From: Bacteroidia bacterium
GTDB lineage: Bacteria; Bacteroidota; Bacteroidia; UKL13-3
Direction of reading: 5' to 3'
DNA length: 64,000 nucleotides
NCBI GenBank assembly: GCA_041675505.1
Contig: JBAYTR010000010.1
Span: forward strand, 67,895 to 131,894
The notes below the pieces were generated by a model. That model saw only the letters and a program-made list of their open reading frames with translations. It was not told where the DNA came from and searched no databases. Position 1 is the stretch's first letter; every line of letters begins with the position of its first letter. Shown here in pieces: positions 56,662 to 64,000 of this stretch. A program made the translations under genes and the position numbers.

Positions 56662-57123
56662 TTAGTCTGTAAAATGTCCATCATGTCCACTTGCTCTAAC
56701 TAAAGTATGTCCGTTTTTGAAAACGAGTTGGAGTCCGTGTTCTATCTCCCAGTCACACCCGCACGATACACATAAATAGAGGTCCCCATTTTCGTCCCAT
56801 TGAATTATTATCTCATTGGCGATAAGGTGGTTCCAAATCTCCGATGATGTCTTGATGTTTAGGGCTTTTGTGTAGCCAGACTTCAAAGTCTCGTTATAAT
56901 ATTTATAAACCAGTCCTGAGTCATTTATTCTGTCCTTAGAGTTCAACTTTAGAAAATTTTCTAAAACTTTGTCAGCGGATTCTAAATACGTTTGATGCCT
57001 TGCCTCTACAAATCCAATCGCTAATTTTTTGTTGTCAAAGTATGGAATTTCAAATGGTTCGCTCTCAAAATACTCTCCGTCTATTTCGTTTGCTTTTAAT
57101 TGTCCAACGATTTTTGATTCCAT
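56662..57123 (-). CDS. Hypothetical protein, AT-rich, with a Cys/His cluster
   Basis: 153 aa; C-terminal CVSCGCDWEIEHG...SGHDGH. Confidence 0.45.
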   Translation of the reverse strand: MESKIVGQLKANEIDGEYFESEPFEIPYFDNKKLAIGFVEARHQTYLESADKVLENFLKLNSKDRINDSGLVYKYYNETLKSGYTKALNIKTSSEIWNHLIANEIIIQWDENGDLYLCVSCGCDWEIEHGLQLVFKNGHTLVRASGHDGHFTD

Positions 57124-57165
57124 AGTCGTCTCTGTTTTTTGAAAGCTTGCTAACTCTAAAACAAC

Positions 57166-58002
57166 CTAAACTGCTCTCTTGCTCTTTTCTACGCGGTTGG
57201 CAATAACAATACTGAATTCATACAAACCATACAGCGGTATGGTCATCAAAATCTGACTGGTTACATCCGGTGGTGTAACAATAGCGGCTATTATTAATAT
57301 GATGAGGAAAGCGTGCCTGCGGTATTTTTTCATAAAGGCAGCACTCATTACCCCCAGTTTAGCTAAAAAGAAAACCACTATGGGCAATTCGAAAACAATA
57401 CCCGTTGCCAGTGTGAGGGTGGCCACAAAGTCAATGTACGACTCCAGGTTAATCTCGTTGATTACCTCTTCACTTACCCGGTAGCTACCCAAAAAACTTA
57501 ATGATACGGGAGTTAAGAAATAGTACCCGAATAAAATACCAATGAAGAAGAGGATGGAAGAATAAAAAACAATTCCCCTCACCTTGTTGCGCTCAGATTT
57601 TTTCAAAGCCGGGCGAATGAACTTCCACACCTCGAGCAGAATAAACGGAAAGGCTAAAATTACACCGGCTATAAACGCCACAAACATGTGCTGGGTAAAT
57701 TGCCCCGACATGGTGATGTTGCTCACCACAAATCCGATATCCGACAGGCACATGGTGTCATCGTGGTAAATTTTGTGCGACAACTCACACAGCATGCGGT
57801 AGGTCCAGAAATCAGTACGTTTTGGGCCGAAGATGAGGGTATCAAAAATGAAACTCTTTTGAACAAATGCGGCAATGGTACCCACCAGAATAGCTACCAC
57901 CGCCCGGAACAAGTGCTTGCGCAGGTCGTCCACATGGTCAAAGAAACTCATTTCTTTGGCATCCTGGTCGTGTAGTAGTTCGTCTTCCTGGTCGAGTGGC
58001 AT
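57166..58002 (-). CDS. tatC: Twin-arginine translocase subunit TatC
   Basis: Six-TM TatC topology with conserved HLxELR-like N-terminus (HVDDLRKHLFRAVVAIL) and C-terminal PPD-type motif (TPPDVTSQ). Confidence 0.85.
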   Translation of the reverse strand: MPLDQEDELLHDQDAKEMSFFDHVDDLRKHLFRAVVAILVGTIAAFVQKSFIFDTLIFGPKRTDFWTYRMLCELSHKIYHDDTMCLSDIGFVVSNITMSGQFTQHMFVAFIAGVILAFPFILLEVWKFIRPALKKSERNKVRGIVFYSSILFFIGILFGYYFLTPVSLSFLGSYRVSEEVINEINLESYIDFVATLTLATGIVFELPIVVFFLAKLGVMSAAFMKKYRRHAFLIILIIAAIVTPPDVTSQILMTIPLYGLYEFSIVIANRVEKSKRAV

Positions 58003-58070
58003 AAGGGCGCAAATATAATCAACTACCGTTTACTATTTGCTGTATCAACCCTTTCAAAAATGTTTCCGCT

Positions 58071-58814
58071 TTAATTACGTTTTTTATTCGCTCTGAAGTT
58101 GTAGTTTACCTGAAGCAAAAGGCTGTTTAACTTAGGAGAACTCCAGCCGTCTGATGAATATGTGTTTATGCGGTGGTTATAGTTGATTTTTGGGGTGTAA
58201 CCTTTAGCCACCTGATAATACAACCCAACATTGAATAAATGATTGGACACATCTTTCGATAGTCCAAGTACTAAGCAGTTATAACCACCGGATAAAGGAG
58301 AGGAGCTTCCATAATTTAATAATAGTGACCCGGGATTCTGACTTCTAAAATACACCGAAGAAGATTGATTTATACCGAGAATGTGTTTATAACCGTACCC
58401 AACATACAACCCGATGCTATCAAGTTTGCGGAGACAATAACTGATACCCGCCTCAGGAAGTACAATTATAAAAGTAGTTTTCTCAACGAATTTGCCACTG
58501 GTATTGCCATTGTCGGTGTTAAAATACTCTTTTAAAGTATAGCTTTCTTTTTGCGCTGCTAACGATAGATTTAATAAAAACTTATCGCTCAACTTAATTT
58601 TACAGGCATACCCGAATTTCCACCCTACAGCCATTGTATTGTAATCATAAAGATCGCTTCTGTAATGAGCAAAATCTTCTTCAACATTCCCAAATTGATT
58701 TGTAAAATTTACAACAGGTGCGATAAAGACAGAGGATGCTATTTTTCTCTGTGAGTAGGCGTTTTCAGTATAAAAGAAAGTACTAAAGAATAAAGTTAGT
58801 ATAACAAATCTCAT
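58071..58814 (-). CDS. Hypothetical outer-membrane beta-barrel (porin-family-like) protein
   Basis: Signal peptide; beta-strand-rich, ending in an aromatic residue. Confidence 0.45.
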   Translation of the reverse strand: MRFVILTLFFSTFFYTENAYSQRKIASSVFIAPVVNFTNQFGNVEEDFAHYRSDLYDYNTMAVGWKFGYACKIKLSDKFLLNLSLAAQKESYTLKEYFNTDNGNTSGKFVEKTTFIIVLPEAGISYCLRKLDSIGLYVGYGYKHILGINQSSSVYFRSQNPGSLLLNYGSSSPLSGGYNCLVLGLSKDVSNHLFNVGLYYQVAKGYTPKINYNHRINTYSSDGWSSPKLNSLLLQVNYNFRANKKRN

Positions 58815-58948
58815 TATAGGTTGTATTAGCACAAGGTACTGTACGGTTTAAAAATGTACCCCGATTTAGAAATAATTTTGAGTGATAACGGAGCAAACAT
58901 AATTTTTAGTTTCGCAGACCCTGATATTCCTTGGTTAGAACCAAATAC

Positions 58949-60301
58949 TTATTTTGATAGCTTAATATTTTCATCACCCGGCTGATAGGGTAAATACGTC
59001 ACAATCAACTGAAACATTTCATCGGTGGTGCGCATACTGCCTTCGCGGTCGCGCACTATGCGGGGCGGGCTGAACGGGTTGTTCGGGTTATCTTTTGTGT
59101 TATCAAATACTCCTTCTGCCACCAGTGTGCTGCCTGCCGGTATCTTAAGCATTTTGGGAAAAGTGTAAAAATACTGCCAGCGGAAATCCCATTTTTTTAA
59201 CCGCACCAGCCGGATGGTATCGCCTTGCGGGGTTAAGGCGTATGCCAGAAATGATTTGCCCAACAAATGCATGTGCGGGTTAACGGTAAGCACAGAAATG
59301 TCCTGCGGAACGGTATAGCGGGTCACATACGTTTTTATCACATCAGGCGGAATAACCAGTGGCGGTTCAATAGGAGATACCCCCAGCGTACCCATCTGAA
59401 ATTCCTGTAGCGGTCTTTGAGGCGGGCCTGGTGCAAAGAATACATTGAAGTACGATTGGTCGGAGTCGTGAATAGCCGAGGGGCCGTAATGCACATCGTT
59501 GAGGTACAGCGCACCTTTTTTGCTGATGCGCCAACCGCCAATACCATCAGGATATTGAGCGGGCTCTACACCGGGTAAATAATTGCTTACCGAAGGACTC
59601 ATAAGCGGATAGGTGCCGTCATCATTCAGTAAATCCAACATGCGGTGAATAACACGACTATCGTACGCTTCTGTGTTCACAGCCATTTCACCGGCATGTA
59701 TGTTTTGTTTTCCGTTGTCCGTGTAAGTGATGAGGTGACCGTTCATGTGATGCAGCAAACGTTTGTTACCGGGCACAAATTCAAACATTCGCACAAACGT
59801 ATCAAAGGGCAGCTCAAACGGCAGTTTCATTACCCTGAAATGGTCAGTATTGTTTCCTTCAATCTGAAATGTTTTTGGCATTTTAATCACCATATCCGGT
59901 TTTCCGAAAGAGGATCCTGAAGGATAAACAGGTGGTGGAGGGACCTTTGGCAAGTCACCCGGTTTTGCTCCGTTCTCCGCCCACTGCGCCAAAAGTTCAA
60001 TCTCTTCATTGCTCAATACTTTTTCGCCCACAAAATGAACGTACTCCGGGTCGGCCGGCCAGGGCGGCATAAAGCGCGTGGTGGTAACCTGCCGAATTAG
60101 TTTAGCCCGTTTCGATACGTCTTCAAATGTCATTAAAGGAAACGGTCCGGCCTCACCACTGCGGTGACAAGGTGTGCAGTTTTCATACACAATGGGCGCA
60201 ATGTGCTCGGCAAAGTTTACCTCTTCGGGCAACGGTTTTTTCTTACCGCAGGCAAAAAGAAAGAGTGATGCAAGAAGGGTGAATGCAAAAGAAAAGCGCA
60301 T
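58949..60301 (-). CDS. Lipoprotein with N-terminal c-type cytochrome domain (CXXCH) and a PHM/DBH-like copper monooxygenase-type domain (tentative)
   Basis: ATG at 60301 gives MRFSFAFTLLASLFLFACG. The heme motif is CTPCHR. Candidate Cu ligand clusters are HHM (LLHHMNGH) and HMH...M (NPHMHLLGKSF). Confidence 0.5.
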   Translation of the reverse strand: MRFSFAFTLLASLFLFACGKKKPLPEEVNFAEHIAPIVYENCTPCHRSGEAGPFPLMTFEDVSKRAKLIRQVTTTRFMPPWPADPEYVHFVGEKVLSNEEIELLAQWAENGAKPGDLPKVPPPPVYPSGSSFGKPDMVIKMPKTFQIEGNNTDHFRVMKLPFELPFDTFVRMFEFVPGNKRLLHHMNGHLITYTDNGKQNIHAGEMAVNTEAYDSRVIHRMLDLLNDDGTYPLMSPSVSNYLPGVEPAQYPDGIGGWRISKKGALYLNDVHYGPSAIHDSDQSYFNVFFAPGPPQRPLQEFQMGTLGVSPIEPPLVIPPDVIKTYVTRYTVPQDISVLTVNPHMHLLGKSFLAYALTPQGDTIRLVRLKKWDFRWQYFYTFPKMLKIPAGSTLVAEGVFDNTKDNPNNPFSPPRIVRDREGSMRTTDEMFQLIVTYLPYQPGDENIKLSK

Positions 60302-60362
60302 GGGCAAATATAGTGTTCTGTACTCTTTGTGAAAACCTTCAACCACAGCTTGGGTGAATACA

Positions 60363-60980
60363 CTACTCAATAAAACACCCGATAGCCTTGGTCTTTTTCA
60401 CTTTGATAGCTTTTCCGTTGCTGATGGCGGTGAGCACATCGAGTAATTCACGCTGGGTGATTACCCGCCTTTTTTTGCCCAGTTCATAGGCCCAGTTATC
60501 AATGCGTCCCCGATAAACGGTTGCTCCTTTTTCATTCACCACCACTACCTCAGGGGTAATGCTGGCTCCGGTGTATCGGGTTACTTTTTGTTCACTGTCG
60601 CGCAACAGGGGCATGGTAATTTTATACTGTTTAGCAAAAGCATTTACGTCTGTATCAGAAAAAGATTTATCGGGCACCAGGCCATAAAAATGAATGTTGT
60701 TGTTGGCAAACTTTTGCTGCAATTCATTCAGGGTAAGGGAATAACTCTGGCACAGCGGGCACTCAGGCGAAAGAAAAACCAAAACAGATGCCTTGTTCTT
60801 TTTGAGTTGCGAAAAAGCGAAATCCTTGTTAAAAGAATCTTTAAGTGTAAACGAAAAAATATCAGCAGTAACAAAAGCAAAACAGAACACAACGGTGGTA
60901 AGCAATGCTCCACACCGCAGTAGTTTTTTCTGTCGGCTGAAAAAACTATTCTCCTTTAAAAGCAGGTTTACGTTTTTCAT
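60363..60980 (-). CDS. Thioredoxin-fold redoxin (TlpA/AhpC-TSA-like), membrane-anchored
   Basis: TM anchor, then VLVFLSPECPLCQ (CXXC) within a thioredoxin-like region; 205 aa. Confidence 0.7.
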   Translation of the reverse strand: MKNVNLLLKENSFFSRQKKLLRCGALLTTVVFCFAFVTADIFSFTLKDSFNKDFAFSQLKKNKASVLVFLSPECPLCQSYSLTLNELQQKFANNNIHFYGLVPDKSFSDTDVNAFAKQYKITMPLLRDSEQKVTRYTGASITPEVVVVNEKGATVYRGRIDNWAYELGKKRRVITQRELLDVLTAISNGKAIKVKKTKAIGCFIE

Positions 60981-61728
60981 TGAATGAGGCTACTCCTTCT
61001 TTGTAGTCGGTTGTGTTGCCTGCAATACCCTGGCAGTACATTTCGTATTCAAGCATGGTATCCAAATCGCTTTGGAAAGATTTGTTGAGCATTTTTTTCA
61101 TCAATGCAATGGCTTTGGTGGGAGCATTGGCGTAGTACTCGGTTACTTTCGCTACTTCTGCGTCCAGGTCTTCAGCTTTTACCACACGGTTCAACATACC
61201 CCATTCCAGGGCTTGCTGCGCGCTTACCTTGTTGCCCATGGTAGACATTTCAAATGCACGAGCCGAACCCACCAAACGCGGCAGGAAATAGGAAGAACCC
61301 GAATCAAGCACCAGCCCTACGTTAATGAATACTTCAATGAGTGAAGCATTTTCAGCAGCCACAATAAAATCAGAGGCCAGTGCCAATGAACAGCCGGCCC
61401 CGGCAGCTACTCCGTTTAAACGGCAAATGATGGGCTTGGGCATGTTGCGCATGGCGCGGATGATGGGGTTGTATCTTTTCAGTAACGAATCGGCCAGGGA
61501 ACGTTTTTCAGCACCGGCAATGGCTTTCAAATCCTGACCCGAGCAAAAGGCTTTGCCGGCTCCGGTGAGTACTACCACCCGCACATCTTTATCGCGCTCT
61601 GCTTTCTTTAAAGCATCCTGCAAATCATAACTCTGCTGGTCGTTGAAGGCATTGAATGAATCGGGGCGATTCAGGGTAATGGTGCAAACGCGGTTAGTAA
61701 CGTCAAATAATAAGGTTTCGTAACTCAT
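60946..61728 (-). CDS. Enoyl-CoA hydratase/isomerase (crotonase) family protein
   Basis: RPDSFNAFN...VVLTGAGKAFCSGQDLK oxyanion-hole motifs; 260 aa. Confidence 0.9.
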   Translation of the reverse strand: MSYETLLFDVTNRVCTITLNRPDSFNAFNDQQSYDLQDALKKAERDKDVRVVVLTGAGKAFCSGQDLKAIAGAEKRSLADSLLKRYNPIIRAMRNMPKPIICRLNGVAAGAGCSLALASDFIVAAENASLIEVFINVGLVLDSGSSYFLPRLVGSARAFEMSTMGNKVSAQQALEWGMLNRVVKAEDLDAEVAKVTEYYANAPTKAIALMKKMLNKSFQSDLDTMLEYEMYCQGIAGNTTDYKEGVASFNEKRKPAFKGE

Positions 61729-61828
61729 GGAATTAATTTTTACGGCTCAAAAATACAAAAAGGAAAGAGGTTCCTGCACAAATTATCTGTCTCTCATTTT
61801 TGTTCGTGTTGACTGTGCCATGTTTCGT

Positions 61829-61854
61829 GTCATCACGAAACATTTTCTATGATT
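61829..61854. promoter_or_regulatory. Perfect palindrome atgtttcgtg-tcat-cacgaaacat, candidate operator
   Basis: 10-11 bp arms with a 4-nt spacer, about 100 bp upstream of the crotonase start on the minus strand. Confidence 0.4.
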
Positions 61855-61957
61855 TGTGTGTGCAGTCTTGCGTTGCGGGCCGAGGGGCTATCACCCCTCG
61901 CATTAATTAGTGCGCCCTTTCAGGGCTGGTGGATGCAAAAGAGTGTTCACACTAAAA

Positions 61958-63220
61958 CTAGTGCGTGCGTTTCATGCGCACTTCGTTAATGCGGGTATGG
62001 TATACGGAGATGATGGTGAACTCGTATTTACCAATCTGAATTTTTTCGTCTTTGAGCGGCAGGCTTTCGTGGTGTTCAATAATAAATCCGCCCAGGGTAC
62101 TGTATTCGCCTTCGGGGATATTCAAATCGTATTCGCGGTTGATGTAATCAATTTCTAAACGGGCAGAAAAAACAAATTCAGTATCGCTTATTTTTTGCTC
62201 GGTAAGTTGCTCCACATCGTACTCGTCTTCTATCTCACCAAAAATCTCTTCCATAATGTCTTCGTTGGTCACAATGCCGGCTGTTCCGCCAAACTCATCT
62301 ACTACCAGTGCCAGACTTTTTTTGTTGTTGGAGAATAATTTGAGCAATTCATTTGCCTGCATGGTTTCAGTTGCTATGATGGGCGAAATCATGATGGACC
62401 TAATGTTTTTGGGCTTTTTAAATACCTCTACCTGGTGCACATATCCGATAATGTTGTCGATAGAATCATGGTAAATAAGAATTTTGGAGTGACCTGACTC
62501 CAGAAATTTCGCATACAAATTTTCAATGGTATCGGTTACCTCAATGGCCACCAATTCAGTACGTGGAACCATGCACTCGCGAACTTTTACGTTGGCAAAA
62601 TCGAGCGCATTTTTAAACATTTCTGTATCAATGTCAGCGTCTTCATCCAAATCAAGTTTTGCACTTTCATTGATGTAGTTGTCCAAATCTATTTTACTGA
62701 AAACGGGTGTGCTTTCTGAAAACTCCAGCCGGAATATTTTAACGAAAATAAACTTGGAGAGGTAAACGATAAAATGCACAATGGGCCACAACAGATAATA
62801 AAAAATCATGAAGGGCAGGGTAAGCATAAACAACACCACATCAGGATTGATGCGGAACAGCGCTTTAGGAATAAACTCAGCAAACAGGAGCACGATAGCC
62901 GTTGAAACTATTGTGGTGCAAAAGAGCACCAAAAATTCATTGTCCTGTTCATACGGCAAATATTCGCGCATAACGGGCGATACGGCACCGTCCATGTACA
63001 AACTGTAAATTACCAGTGCAATGTTATTGCCTATAAGCGTAGTGCTGATAAACTTGGAAGGTTCTTTTACAAACTGGGAGAGTATTTTAGCGGTGTAACT
63101 TCCCTGCTTACTTTTAAGTTCAATGCGCAACTTGCTGGCCGTAATAAATGCAATCTCAATCCCGGAGAAAAATGCCGATAAGAGCATGGCCACAAGAATG
63201 ATATATAAGGAGTGGTCCAT
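61958..63220 (-). CDS. CNNM/CorC-HlyC-family transporter (DUF21 TM domain plus CBS pair plus CorC_HlyC C-terminal domain)
   Basis: N-terminal four-TM DUF21 domain, central CBS-pair region and C-terminal transporter-associated domain; 420 aa. Confidence 0.8.
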   Translation of the reverse strand: MDHSLYIILVAMLLSAFFSGIEIAFITASKLRIELKSKQGSYTAKILSQFVKEPSKFISTTLIGNNIALVIYSLYMDGAVSPVMREYLPYEQDNEFLVLFCTTIVSTAIVLLFAEFIPKALFRINPDVVLFMLTLPFMIFYYLLWPIVHFIVYLSKFIFVKIFRLEFSESTPVFSKIDLDNYINESAKLDLDEDADIDTEMFKNALDFANVKVRECMVPRTELVAIEVTDTIENLYAKFLESGHSKILIYHDSIDNIIGYVHQVEVFKKPKNIRSIMISPIIATETMQANELLKLFSNNKKSLALVVDEFGGTAGIVTNEDIMEEIFGEIEDEYDVEQLTEQKISDTEFVFSARLEIDYINREYDLNIPEGEYSTLGGFIIEHHESLPLKDEKIQIGKYEFTIISVYHTRINEVRMKRTH

Positions 63221-63372
63221 GTTAGCTGATTAAGTTTTTTTTGTATTTCCAAAGCAACACACACACGGCACTCAGCACAAAAAAGGTATATGCCTTTCCG
63301 TAAATAAATCCATCAGTAAGTGTAACCACAATACCGGTGAGTAAAGCAGCAATTGCCAGCATGAGCCACATT

Positions 63373-63942
63373 TTATTTACCCACTGCCCCATTGCCGTCC
63401 TCCATTCTGATTGTTCCGCTCAACTTGAATATTTTGTACTTCGAAAAATCTTCGTTTGATTCAAAGCCGTACCCGTATAATATTTCATCTGCTGTATGTA
63501 TGGTTACGTACTTATCTGAATGAATTTTCTTTCGCTGTTCGTCCCAAATTATTTCTTCGGTGTTTAATCGTTCACCTTTGGTGTTCACCAACACCACACT
63601 GTCACGAGCAATCATCTTTTTTTCATGCTCATACCTGATGGCATATTTGGCTTTGAGAAAATTTTCCACCACCTGATCTTTGTTGTAAAAGTAGCAGGTA
63701 ATCCCTTTAGTCATTTCAGTATACGGTTTTTCATCCTGGTAACGCTCAATGAGTGGTGCGAACATTTTTGCTTTAATAATGCCGGAGTCGGTATAAAGCA
63801 TTTCTACGTTAACACCTTTTTCTACAGGAAACTTAGTGGGTTCAGCGAGCAGCTTCACTTTTTCAATATCGTTTTTACACCCTGCGTGTACTAAAGTGCC
63901 TACCAAAAGTGCCAACAAAAAAGAAGGATAAAACCTACCCAT
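63373..63942 (-). CDS. lptC: LptC-like periplasmic LPS-export protein (tentative)
   Basis: ATG at 63942 gives MGRFYPSFLLALLVGTLV (a TM anchor) followed by a beta-rich domain of about 170 aa of LptC size. The listed ORF extends to an upstream start at 63999. Confidence 0.45.
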   Translation of the reverse strand: MGRFYPSFLLALLVGTLVHAGCKNDIEKVKLLAEPTKFPVEKGVNVEMLYTDSGIIKAKMFAPLIERYQDEKPYTEMTKGITCYFYNKDQVVENFLKAKYAIRYEHEKKMIARDSVVLVNTKGERLNTEEIIWDEQRKKIHSDKYVTIHTADEILYGYGFESNEDFSKYKIFKLSGTIRMEDGNGAVGK

Positions 63943-64000
63943 AATTTTACGAAAGGTACGAAAATCAATCAATTTTAATGCGGTTGAACCATTTTTCACC

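Noticed and set aside
1-64000. CRISPR arrays, rRNA or tRNA genes
   Set aside because: I scanned the intergenic regions at 7498-7611, 12705-12905, 14181-14459, 24031-24627, 25072-25228, 50668-50898 and 61729-61957. I found no evenly spaced short direct repeats with unique spacers, no cloverleaf-like tRNA candidates and no rRNA-like conserved blocks. The 24.3-24.6 kb repeats are too long and too few for CRISPR.

Overview
This 64-kb window looks like chromosomal DNA from a Bacteroidetes genome, judged from the sequence alone. It carries three proteins ending in a T9SS C-terminal sorting domain, TonB-dependent receptor and carboxypeptidase-regulatory-like domains, a DUF4270 lipoprotein, an S46 DPP7-type peptidase and Bacteroidetes-style -7 promoter boxes. 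Most of the window is ordinary housekeeping: panC, a 3-deoxy-7-phosphoheptulonate synthase, glmS, metK, menD, tatC, an IscA/ErpA-type protein, cyclophilin, a methylmalonyl-CoA epimerase, an M1 aminopeptidase, crotonase and LptC. The region that stands out is a roughly 9.5-kb AT-rich segment at about 14.4-24.0 kb. Its eight genes all lie on the minus strand and are tightly coupled (TAATG and ATGA junctions), which fits a single horizontally acquired operon. It encodes an NA37/NdpA-like protein, an unrecognisable protein with three C-terminal TM helices, an NMT1/THI5-like lipoprotein substrate-binding protein, a second SBP-like domain fused to a membrane anchor, an unrecognisable 267-aa protein, an AsnB-type glutamine amidotransferase and a NitT/TauT-type ABC ATPase and permease. 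The right edge of this segment is followed by two tandem repeat units of about 207 bp that look like small RNAs or att remnants. Other features worth a second look are 25-bp direct repeats bracketing a small ORF next to glmS, a conserved 57-bp element upstream of two secreted-protein genes, a perfect 11-bp-arm palindrome upstream of the crotonase gene, and a redoxin plus cytochrome-c/Cu-monooxygenase-like pair. No rRNA, tRNA or CRISPR array was seen. All family assignments come from motifs I recognise by eye and need confirmation by homology search.
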